Assembly (NCBI GenBank): GCA_002633005.1 | Contig: NMRA01000741.1 | Location: 1-64,000 of the forward strand | Origin: Phoronis australis | Taxonomy: Eukaryota; Animalia; Phoronida | Direction of reading: 5' to 3' | Length of the DNA stretch: 64,000 nt | Part shown: positions 13,001-23,550 of the stretch, piece by piece | How positions within the stretch are numbered: the stretch's first letter is position 1 | How the letters are laid out: the number at the start of each line of letters is the position of its first letter | The notes under the pieces: model-generated | Told to the model about the DNA's origin: nothing | The model's input: only the letters and a program-made list of their open reading frames with translations | Databases searched by the model: none | Position numbers and translations under genes: made by a program

Positions 13001-16000
13001 GCTACTGAGGACCTGTGCAATTACTGTTTACAGCCAACTTTTAGTCATACATCCCATGAGTGGCGTTTCGCCTTTTTCACACGGGATTTGTGTGAAAAAG
13101 GCAAAACACTGCTCATGGGATCTAGGACTATTACTCCCAGATGGGATGTATGACTTAACAGTTGGCTGTAAACAGTAATTGCACAGATATCGGGTCCTCA
13201 GTAGCTCAGTGGTAAGAGCACTAGACCGGCAATCTAGAGACCTGTGGTTCGATTCCCAGTTGAGGTTCCTGATTTTTCTGTGTTTATTTGATATATTTCA
13301 TTACTAGCCAACCTCAGCATCTATATATTTACTAGATCATGTTCTTAGAGCATTGAATTATCTCAGTTCTCTGTGAATTCGTCCTTGTGTTATGATAAAT
13401 AGTTTGAATTTGTACCTGGTGCTTGACTATTAAGAAATTTTAGCCTAAAATCTTGGTTTGCACAATTGATCTGGTGATTAGGTATTCATGAACTTGAGCC
13501 ATATTGACAATCAAGAGTGTGATTTATGACACCCAAGAGCATATGCTGTCCAGGGGCTTCTGCTCAATTGGGTAATAAAGATTATTATCTCACTCTTGTA
13601 TGATGGGCTAACTTTTTATGTTTTATTGCTTATTTAAAGTGAGAGTCATCCCAGTCCCTAAACCGATCATCTGTGCTGTAAGTAGCAATTCAGATTGGTA
13701 AAGTGGGCTGACCACTATTGAAGTGTACACTTTCCAAAGCCACAGAAGTGATATGGTATTTTTGATTTCTCTAAAATCAGTGTACATGAGAAATTTCGAT
13801 GTGCAAGGATTTAAATCAGTGCTGTCACTACTTTGGCGACACCCTTGCCTACATACATGTACTGTACTTGTAAAAAACTTTGAGTGTCATTCATAGTAGA
13901 CAACTGTTCTAAATGCAGCTGTGAATTGCTTGTCTGTAATGTGCTAAGAGTGATAATTTAACAGAGTTCTTTTTGATGCTTGAATTGCAGTGTTTGATTA
14001 AAGCATTTTTTTTGAAATATCAGGGTGCATATGTAGCATATGAATCTGATCGCATTTGTTAAATTTATAGGCATTATCAATAAACGTGTAAATGCACCTG
14101 ACTATTTTGCATTATTTATGATATTACTGTGCATCCATTACTTAGATAATTGCCGCTAGAACGAGATTGTTACAAAAAAAGGAATGATTGTATAAAATAT
14201 TAAAGCTGACATAAACGCATTTTTCATCACGAACTTTTGATTTATAGATTCATTTCACTTGTGAAATGATCTCATTATCCTTAATCAAATTAGAGTTAAT
14301 TAATGATCCAGGGGAGCACTGACACTTTGTTACAGTTCGAGATTGTGCTTCGCAATTCAGTTTGCTGTGTGAGGTCAATTTATGTGCTCGGCTGAGCATG
14401 GTTTTGAGAAATAATGAACTGTCAATTTTTCATAGGCGGATCCAGGGGGGTCAAAGAGGTATGGACCCCCATTTTTTCCATAGATTTTAGTGATATCAAA
14501 TCTAGAATTTTCAAATTGTTGACTCGAACCCCCTTTTTAAAAAATCTTGGATCCGCCCCTGATTTTTTCCATGCTCAGAAACCACTTCGCATATGAACTA
14601 GGAACAAGTTGTGTTTAGATTTATAACCGTAAGGGGTCGTAATCAAAAGATGGCTTCCTTGACGGAATGTGGGTTTGTTGCTGCGCTTTAGACGTTTACC
14701 AAACTGGTGATGTATAAGTTTTCTTTCAGCATCTCGGCAATGTAAGAGGCCCCTTTGCCGTTGCTGTCCAAGTCGTTTGCTGTCAAGTCCAGGAGTTTCA
14801 CGCAGATGTTGCTCTGAAAATGTTTCAAATAATTATCAATAGTCAATGGTACAACATTAACTTATCAAAGGTGTTTCGTTTGTCAGTTTGACTGGGAGTA
14901 TGTTGATCCGCTTACAGAAGATTTCCCTTTAAATCATCAAAAATGCGCTTTAATGAGTGCATTCCGGCAAAGTATGGAGGTGAGGACTTTCACGTGGTCC
15001 TCACTATACCAAACCTCTTGCCTGATCATGACATCGATCTCGCGTGATTCTGTTGCAAATAACAACGTGTTTTATGTTAGCACTGAAGTACCTGTGACTC
15101 CTGTATTCGACGATATTCGATAAAATTGTTCTTTTTGGTTTTCGATCGAAGTAACACTTTTTTATGCGCTAAGTACTTACCAGTACTGAATGCAGTGCAG
15201 CACTACAGTCCCTTACTTACCAGTAATGCAGTACAACACGCCTTAGTCCCTCGCGGCCCAAGATGATGATACCGCATCCTAACTTCAGCCGTCCTCAAAC
15301 TCTTATAGAAGAGACTGGCCGGCACTACGCCCATACTTCGGCACGTGCACAAATAGGCAGCTTGGCTTATGTCACCGAGGTCTTCTTCCTCCTCAGCTAA
15401 AGCAAGTCACGAGACATTTTAATTACAAAACACCTTGTCAGTCAATACTGCTGGCCCGTAGCCAGGGGGGAGGGGGTTTGATCGAACCCCCCCCCCCTCC
15501 CGCGGCCTCCCGCGGAAGAGGTCCAGCACCAGGTATCCGTTAGAGATACGGTATAAATGGACAACATCAACAACATTGTTGCAGCTACTGGTGGTACTAA
15601 CTATAATTATAACGAATTTGCTTCTGGCCAACGATAGGGTAACACTGAACGATAGGGTAACAAGGGAGTCCAGAAGTAAATGTCAAAACTAGCTAAGCTT
15701 TAAAATATCGAACTAGCTCTGAAAAAGTAGTGTGTCGTGAATGTCTTACGACCAAGAAAATAAACAGCAGAAAATATGATTGTTATCTGCTATTTTGGTG
15801 TACTTGCTAGCATAGTAGGGTGAGGTGCAGGCATTTCAAATTTCTAATTGAAGGTGATCGTCAAATGATTGTTGTTCACCCAGTGTCCACTTTCATGGTG
15901 GATTGGTGGATTGAAATGCATGCGCGTGTACACGTTTGTGCGTTTTCATGCTTTTAAATCCAGTACACGCCGACGGTAAGTTCCCTATAGGCAATCTTCT

Positions 16001-19000
16001 GTCGTTGCTCAAACAAAAACCAGACAATTACTACCGTATGTTCTTGCACTGAGGAAACGAGCATGTTCACAGTATTAGGGAATCTTTGATCAAAGAAGAA
16101 AGTGTTCCCTTGTCCATCTGCGACAATGGTGCACAGCCTTGCAGAGTTCACGAGCAACAAACTTGATGCAAAAGATTTCCAAGGTTACGTGTCGCTATTC
16201 CGAGGGTTCACTTCTCGCAAAGTCCATTACTCGATCTGAAGTTTCACTACTCCGACAATACTGTTACTCTGATTGTCTGCTAATGAGTCGAAACTGACAT
16301 GAATGAAATATTGTTTTTGTCCATTTAGTAACCATTGACTGTACTTCGGGAGCAAGTTTTCGGTTATACAGAATTTGTTAAATGCACGACACTTTTCATT
16401 GTTCACAGTCTTTATTCCGTTGCGTACGTACTTTCGGAACAAAACTCTACTCTCAACTGAACATAGATACAGTAACTGACCTAGCGACATAATTAAAAGA
16501 CACACGATATTTCGAAATATATTTGTTTCATTCTCAAGTGAAGATAAAATGACGCAGTAATGCCACCACAGAGTATAAGCTGACGACACACACAGTTAGA
16601 CACGGCGGGTGTGAAATACTGCAAAGAATGACTAATGAAGGGGGGTAACAGGAAAGTCGCGCAAACAAGTGTAACGTGCGGCGCGACCCTGTTTGCTGCT
16701 CATTCAAAACAGGCTTCTCAAAAGCAATTAAAAGGGACTCTAATACTTTCAAACGCAGCACATATTGCTCCACGTAGCGAATTGACGTGTTTTCCACAAT
16801 TTCTTGACGGGTGATTTTACGTGCGTGGCATTGCAGAAAATGATCTTGAATGGCGCCATTTTGAAGATGCATGGTTAACCGACGGGAAAGACTGCAAACC
16901 GTTTGACCAATGTAACATTGCTTGACGTTTGATCGAAGACATTCGTTCATAGGGCATACAAACTCATAAACATGTGCAACGGGGCGGACTTTCGCTTTAG
17001 AAATGACCAAGTTGGAGGACTTCCTATTCCGATAATAAATAATAACATCAAGGTAATCATCAGGCTTACATTAAACTTTAACATTGTCCCTTATGATTTT
17101 CTTAATGGCGTGTTCGTCCTGGAGGTAATTATTAGACATGACATTTTTGTAAAATATCTTTTTGGTGACACCGGTCCTTGGTTCCTAGCACCGGTCCGAC
17201 GTGCAGGGACTTCATAGCTAATTCTGGACACAACTCGCTTAATATGGAAATCCACAAAAGCATCGGTATACCCATTATTCACCAGTGTTTGTCTTATGCG
17301 ATTTACCTCTTGATTGAATAATAGCCAGTTGGACGACACCGAATACGCCCTCTTTAGGAAGTTGACCACAACGGCGACCTTATACTGCTCAGGGCACTCA
17401 CTTTTGGTGTGGAGACAGAAACCTTTATCACTATGCTTGTGGTAAACTGATGTAGAAAATTCAGATGGAGAATGGTTCACAAGAACGTCCAAAAACGGAA
17501 TCTTGTTCCGAAAGTACGAACACAACGGAATAAAGACTGTGAACAATGAAAATTGTCGTGCATTTAACAAATTTAGTAACCATTGCATACCTTTTGACTT
17601 TGTGAAGACTGGGAGGGACAGGGTAGCCGTGTAAGTACATTTAGTTTTCCACCAGTTCCGTAGAGTGAGGTAATAACTCATCAATATCCCTATGTACTTC
17701 GTATTCTTTTAAAAGGATAGTAAACCCTTGATGATTTCCACCAATCTTCGTTCCGTCACCTGCTGATGCATCTCTGGTGTCAACTATCTTCCAAGTTAAA
17801 ACTATACCAAACCGTTTTATCCTATTAACAGATACTAAAAACGACTTTCCCATCCAGTTCTCTGAAACGAAATTATGCTCTGTAACGCCGGCTCGACAAC
17901 CTTCTAAAGTTTTGAGGAAAATCAAATAACTCCTTACAAATTCTGACAAAGATGCAAGCGTGACCTACGCTTTTTGCGAGTTACACGGCATCTATGGGAA
18001 GATACCACACACCAAGGACCATAATGTCCAATTCATGAGATAGTGTGTACGAATTCTTAGTTGATTGCTGCTTTATCTTTCAAGATTGACGCCAATGATG
18101 CAGCAGCAAGTGAGAGAACGAGGATTCGTTGAAATCATCAAAATAAGGTTTAGAATCCTTTTTAAGGAAGGAATCACGTGAAAATTCATACACTCCTTGT
18201 CATAGTTTGAACAATATGGCCCTTGGTGGGTGGACCTTTCCCACAGTTGTTGTGTAGGCCTACTTCGCAAAAAAACGTAGGTTACGCTTGCTCGTTTAGC
18301 AAACTTTGAGAGGAGTGTTCAAATTTTTCAGCAAACCTTTGAGGGTTGTCAGTGGTTACAGAATATTATTTTGTTTTAGAAAACTGGATGGGAAAGTCAT
18401 TTTTAGTATCTGTTAATAGGCCAAACTTGGATTTGGCATCCTTTTAAAATGCAAGATCGTAGTTTTCCGTATTCGTAAGACATTCCTATGCGCATGAAAT
18501 CAATAGTATGCGGACGTTGTTTTTCGGTATAGGTACACCACTCAGAGCATCTAATAACCGAAGTATCGTTTACTTTTGCATGCAAAAGTATAAAAATTAA
18601 ACCTGGGTTCGAAAATTTTCGGAGTAGTGAACCATCGGAGTAGTACACCTTCACAATAGTGTGCTGTGCCCATTTCCAGCGATGCAGTAAGTAACATGCA
18701 AAATACAACCAGATAAAAATTTCGTCAAGTCATTCTCAGACTAAACAATCCCGTCTGAATATGTATTTAAGCACGCCTGATTTGAAAGTTTGGCGGGTCG
18801 ACCTGTGCAAAATATCAAAGGTCCAATGTTCCAGATATTCGAACCACCCCCTGCGCAATGCTGGCTACGGGCCTGTACTGAAGCTTCAAGAACAAACACG
18901 CTGTTTCACACAAGGAAGTTAAAATTATACATACTAATAATCAAAGAAATCAAATTCTTTTCAACTGGATTACAAAAACTCGTAAAAGCCCTCGGGAGCG

Positions 19001-22000
19001 TCCCTTCTTAAGGAACTTTCCTGGATGGGTAAAGATTTACATTTCAAGATACGCATACTTAAGTTCATTAAGTTGTCAACTGAATTTGGTTGCCACTACT
19101 GTCGCCAATCTGAGTCCCCCCTCCCTTGCAATAGGCATCCCACTTCCCAAGCGGTATGAATTCTTTGTACGAAAGTAATTCCTTTTCATATGACTTGTAC
19201 GTACATACTTGTACGCTTCTTTGGTTTGGAGATAGAAACACCTATACTCAAAATGTTAGAATATCTCGATGTGAGCGCTACAGACGAAGACCTGTTTTGA
19301 CTCTTGGGATGGTAAACATGTCAAAGTCACAACCATACAAAATCTGGAGCGTGAGTAGCACGTATTTTGCGACGACGATTGAGGAGTACTTGGTAACGGT
19401 GTCGGTGACGTACGGTGATGGTGCTATCAGTGATATCTCGATAATGAATCGCACCCAGCCTAAAATATGCGGGCGTTCGAATTTTTAAGAATGTGGGCCT
19501 GTTATTAACGGGTACATTCACAGCTATGAATTGTGCATTCGCCGAATTAGTACATGTATTTTTAGTGGACTTTTGTTTTCTACTTTTTCGCTTTTTTCGT
19601 AGTTTTTGTTTTTTGAGGCGGACCTTCCTGCCTCCCTATGGGTGCGCCCATGATCAAAGCTGGCAGACATAAGACCAGCAAGAAAGTTGGAAGGTTTGTA
19701 TCTTATGTTTACAGTTAGAATAATATATTGCATTCTTGTCGATAAAATTCTTTTCACGGAAACAACAGCTTCGATCATTTTATTCGTGTATCTTTCGAAG
19801 TCATACATCTTCTAATTTAACTAATCCCAGGCGGAGTCTCCAAGCGATCGAAGACATCATGAAGTCCGGACTTCCCAGGATTGACGATTTGCCGTAACCA
19901 GGCGCAACTCAACCATAGCACCATATCCGGTAGTGAAAAAATGAATTGCTATTCTGACGCTCTTCCTGTTGATTTTCTCTTAAAAATTCTAAATATTTTT
20001 GGATTCTTACCATCTGAGTCTTCTTGTTTTGCAATTGTATCCATCATATTCTCCACAACGGCCTTGAAGCGCCCGGGGTGTGTGTCTTCTTGAATTTGTT
20101 CACGAGTCGGTCGCTGCACCTTCTTTCCCGAAACCTAAAGCGTAGTGTTCAATCATTATATTTTGACCATGTCAGTAATATCACTTCGCAACAACTGTGG
20201 AATTCTGTTCCAGAAATAAAATTAAGATGAAGCGTTGAATTGAAAATTAGTTACATCTGAAATTATTTGATAATGCGTCAGATATTTACTCGGCTTTTCC
20301 ATCATTGAAACCTCTCTAAGCAATTCTTACAAGTTCGCATTAATGACGATTTGTTCTTCACAATCCTGATAACATAAGGACATTTACAACACCATATAAC
20401 ATAAAGAAAAAAAGAAGAAAGCGTGCTGGGTGTTGTTATAGGAAAATGCATTAAAAACGAGGATTTTTAGATGTTGAATATTTAAACGGCCTGCTGAAAA
20501 ACGGATTTTTGGGTTATCGTTGGCCATGGGAAATATATAGACGCTGAGGATGGCCAATAGTGAGATATATCAAATAAAAGCAGGAAAATCATATCCTCAA
20601 CTGGGAAATGAATCACAGGTCTTTAGGTTGACGGTCTAGTGCTCTTACCACTGAGCTACTGTTCGCAGCCAACTGTCATCTATCCCAGGTCATGAACAAA
20701 GACGATGGCGCGGTTAAACTTTCTCGCGATTATGACGTCATCTTGACCCCCCGTTACTTTACAGGATCATACCAAAGATACTATATCCCTATACTTTATA
20801 CTATACTATATATATACTATGGTAACTATAAAATCTTTGGTCATACAGAGGAAAGAAGCAGTCGACATCGACTTTCGAAAACTTCTGCCATCTAAGGTAA
20901 ATTGTCTCGGCTAGTTTATTGGAAGAAATTTTTAATATGACCTCGCAGTAGCAGGTTTGATTTTGCGCACAGAATTATTTCAAGAAGTAGTCTTTCTTGC
21001 CGATAACGCCCCTTTAATAAAACGCTTGTATATAAAACAACACGTAATATATTTCAACTGAGATACCCCAAAACTTTTATCGTAGACATAAAACATAAAT
21101 GTGATATACCTACCTTTCCTCTTGAAGGTCTTAACCCTGCCGTGTTTCTGTGGTATTGTATTTCCAATATTCGAAACCTCGGGATACCTTTGGGACTTCC
21201 ATCGTCGTCCTCAGAATCCTACATGTATAAATGGCATAAATGCACCCATGAACAAGTGATGTAGAAGTTTGCGGTAACGCTGAACCCTATATAACATGAG
21301 AGGCTATGACGCGTGTGGTTCGAAGTTTCTTGGAAATATGACTTTGAAGTTTCAAGACGGTTTGAATAACTATGCCCCTGGTAGTCTTGGTCACGTGATC
21401 AAATCGAAATCGAACTCGAAATTGTTTTTGGCATCTTCTTTTCTACTTTTGTGCAAACTATCTTTAATTTTGCGCTCGAATACATTACGATTAACGTGGA
21501 CGTCTGTCTTATTTTAGTTAACGCTATAACTAAACTCGAAATCTTGAGTTTGTATTCGAGTTTGTAACGCGAATACAGGGGTCATCAAGTGCCCACGTTG
21601 ACCAGAAACTCGTCTGCGTAAACCATAATCTATCCTAGCACAGTATTCACCCTAAAGTAAAACGAAAAAAGGCCAAATAATTTCGACTTCGAGTATAAAG
21701 AGCAGACACTGGGCCCAGGAGTCGACACATTTTATATACCTTCTTTAGTTTCCTTGAGAATGTTGGGATTTCAGGACTTTTCAATAATACAATTCACTGT
21801 ACATCCAGCGTGAACACTACGTCCTTCGGATGGCGTGTGAGAATCAAGCTAATTTACTTAGACGAAAACACAAACGAGTCTCTTTGCTTACTGAAGTTCC
21901 TTGAGTGCGAATGTCATTAATTATAGCTCATGTTATGTTTACGTTTATCCAAAAATAAGGTACTGAAAATGATTTTAGTACCCACGGCTTACTATTCTGC

Positions 22001-22419
22001 GACGTTGCGTGCATTTAAATTATTGTATGTACACAAAAAAAAAACAAAACCCGCGAACCCGTCTCAGTATAACAGCTCTCGACGCCGGCCCCATTGAATA
22101 CGGTAAGGGTTGGCAGCTGGAACGTCATCGAGGTAAAAACTAGCCGTTCGTTCTAAGAGAATCAGTAATACGCGACGTGTGTGCAAATAAGTTGCGAGCT
22201 CACGTCCTCAGAACACGACCTTAATAAAAATATAACACGTCAAATTGCCTTGCACTGGCCAACTCAACAGGGCGACACGACGCATGCAGTTTTTGCGACA
22301 TCCCCGCCACCAGTTAATTAGCCGTTGTCATGGGAACTAATTAGGCCCAACTTCGAGATTCCACACAAACTCACCTGATTTCGATATGTGTCGAAGGAAT
22401 GCGATATCTGAGATGTCAT
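4092..22419 (-). CDS. LRRC74: LRRC74A/B-like leucine-rich repeat protein with C-terminal EF-hand pair, ~594 aa, 15 exons
   Basis: Phase-consistent GT-AG exons: 22375-22419, 21114-21218, 20011-20134, 15221-15396, 14700-14813, 11976-12069, 10775-10824, 9916-9997, 9338-9423, 8131-8325, 7745-7840, 6468-6611, 5696-5809, 5067-5152, 4092-4365. Translation has AYLCTCRSMGVVPAS...HHLGPRGTKA (LRRC74 signature), RNI-type LRRs (LNLSHNKFGEEGG, LDLSWNHLRQKGA, LNLAWNGL) and EF-hands (DRDGSKSLTHQEF, DDDGDGEVDFGEL). The first three exons are less certain. Confidence 0.88.
4977..5064. repeat. 22-bp minisatellite x4 (AAGCAGACGAGATGTGTTACTT)
   Basis: Four near-identical units abutting the GT donor (5065-5066) of LRRC74 exon 5067-5152. 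Confidence 0.9.
12496..12786. mobile_element. foldback MITE (imperfect palindrome)
   Basis: Ends CATTTCGCCCTGT / ACAGGGTGAAATG, with internal arms such as TCTCATAACATCCTTAAC / GGTAAGGAATATTATGAGA. Confidence 0.6.
12912..13339. mobile_element. palindromic non-autonomous element with two divergent tRNA-derived arms and an 11-bp TSD
   Basis: 12912-13056 is the reverse complement of ~13140-13297. Central hairpin at 13051-13121, unpaired tail at 13298-13339, and direct repeat TGTTCTTAGAG at 12901-12911 and 13340-13350. Confidence 0.85.
13194..13269 (+). pseudogene. tRNA-derived sequence (SINE-like head) with Pol III A and B boxes; not a canonical tRNA
   Basis: TAGCTCAGTGG (A box), CTAGA-CCGGCAA-TCTAG anticodon-like arm (GGC, no U33), GGTTCGATTCC (B box). 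A mirror copy lies on the - strand at ~12937-13013. Confidence 0.75.
14431..14561. mobile_element. small hAT-type MITE
   Basis: TIRs CATAGGCGGATCCA / TGGATCCGCCCCTG, flanked by ATTTTT on both sides. Confidence 0.75.
16338..17570 (-). mobile_element. 5'-truncated Penelope-like retroelement with inverted pLTR and 15-bp TSD
   Basis: Minus strand: IPFLDVLV...TSVYHK...SECPEQYK...RAY...LVNNGY (RT/thumb), then GIY-YIG VYEFVCP...YIGQT..SLSRRLTMH...ESLLI...P.LN.Q. The 3' pLTR contains the ORF start MSLGQLL...FNKFCITENLLPKY. 17503-17573 is the reverse complement of 16371-16442. ATTTAGTAACCATTG occurs at 16323-16337 and 17571-17585. Confidence 0.93.
16503..16540 (-). ncRNA. minimal type I hammerhead ribozyme (U3-A8 variant) in the Penelope pLTR
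   Basis: Minus strand CAC-TTGAGAA-T-GAAA-CAAATATA-TTTC-GAAA-TA-TC-GTG: stem I CAC/GTG, core UUGAGAA, stem II GAAA/TTTC, GAAA, palindromic ATAT, UC cleavage site 15 nt before the ORF ATG at 16490. Confidence 0.75.
17821..18420. mobile_element. foldback MITE with ~230-bp imperfect TIRs
   Basis: CCTATTAACAGATACTAAAAACGACTTTCCCATCCAG... at the left end and ...CTGGATGGGAAAGTCATTTTTAGTATCTGTTAATAGG at the right end. Confidence 0.85.
20530..20688 (-). mobile_element. second, one-armed copy of the tRNA-derived element
   Basis: Reverse complement matches 13140-13330, including the tRNA-like head and the tail (...CCTCAGCGTCTATATATTT). Confidence 0.75.
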
Positions 22420-23334
22420 TTTTCATCACCTTTCGCATGCTTGGCCTCAATTCATAAAATGTAGCAAGTACTTGTGTTAGTCCTTCCCGGTGGGTCACTA
22501 AACACGTAATAGATTGTTTTGAAATCCGGTGCCATCGTCTACTCTCAGTGAGGCATGACGTTGGTTCTCGAAATGTTGTGTATGCGTTCGGTCAAACCTC
22601 CCGTGTCGCCTTAGGCAAACAATGCCCCTTTCATTTTTTATTTTCATAATACCTAGGCCACTGGTTGAGTTGTAACAGCAGGGACGTNATGGGTCGCATG
22701 ACAATGTTTTAGTAAAATTTAGCAAGAAAAAGGTACATCAATAGCAAAACAAAAGTGATCGATAACACGATTAAATTTTATTTGATATAAAGGTACAGGT
22801 GAGACTTCATAAAAGCTGTGACAGTTTTCTTATATATCACTTCGTTTTCGCTTTATACAACTTGAGTTTTTTCATGAAAATTATAAAAGTCCCATTATTT
22901 TTGATTGCCTGTCGTGCAAACGTGGAACATTTTAAAAATAATTATTAACAGAGTTTTGAATACAAGTGTACAAATAATAGTGTCTTGAGGTTTCATATGA
23001 ATCCAGTGAGCCGTTTCTAAGGTATGAAGTTGTAAAACTTTCTAAGATTATCCGTAACCTTGACACTTTTAAGTATAGTTAAAACAACTACTAAAATCCT
23101 CTACTAACTCGACTACAAACCCCAAGAACTAGTTGGGTGTGGTCTTCAGTTGTGGCATTTCCATGTGTCCTTCAAACGCCTACTTCAGTTGACGTACTCT
23201 ACGCAAATGATTAATGTTTCAGAAGTTTACAGTTTTGTGGAGTTAAAGAGAAGGCAGATGAAAGAGTGGGCACTGAATTTTAATTCAATTAATAAGTCTT
23301 TGTAAAGGGTTAAAGCACTTGCGGTATAGCCGTG

Positions 23335-23550
23335 TATTTTATTATTTATTATAGCGACATGGATGCATCATAGATTACAATTCAAAAACAAACTATACAT
23401 GCAACATGTCCCCAGCCTCATGAGCTTACAAGGCACATGAATATCAATAAACACTCAAACGGTTACACACAATACAGGCAATGCCTGCAACAATCTAGTG
23501 CCCTAATCAAAAACCTCGAAAGAGCTTCCGGATAATTTAGGAACATCTGG
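23335..23550 (-). mobile_element. 3'-end fragment of an RTEX-like LINE
   Basis: Minus strand encodes QMFLNYPEALSRFLIRALDCCRHCLYCV*, similar to the C-terminus of ORF 36356-37063. It shares 3'UTR motifs GTAAGCYCAT(T)GAGGCTGGGG and ATGTCRCTATAATAAATA. Confidence 0.65.

Larger units (their letters stand above)
15451..18875. mobile_element. non-autonomous DNA transposon (15-bp TIR, 5-bp TSD) carrying nested insertions
   Basis: CTGGCCCGTAGCCAG at 15451 and CTGGCTACGGGCCTG ending at 18875; TSD TACTG on both sides; TCGAACC plus C-run motifs near both ends. Confidence 0.8.

Noticed and set aside
13194-13269. Functional tRNA-Ala(GGC) gene
   Set aside because: No U33, irregular acceptor and T stems, and it is part of a repeated TSD-flanked element.
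15964-15975. Possible 12-nt + strand microexon (cag|TACACGCCGACG|gtaagt)
   Set aside because: No + strand gene spans this region and it lies inside a transposon.
16275-16300. CTAATGAGTCGAAAC resembling a hammerhead core
   Set aside because: G5 is missing, there is no stem II, and the homologous position in the second element copy lacks GAAA.
19100-19810. Several 60-110-aa ORFs in LRRC74 intron 3 as extra exons
   Set aside because: No phase-compatible acceptor/donor pair without stops was found, and the flanking exons join in frame without them.
20544-20569. Hammerhead-like CTGAGGA-TGGCCAATAGT-GAGATATA in the tail of the tRNA-derived element
   Set aside because: Neither copy has both core boxes intact and stem I does not pair convincingly; a family consensus would be needed.
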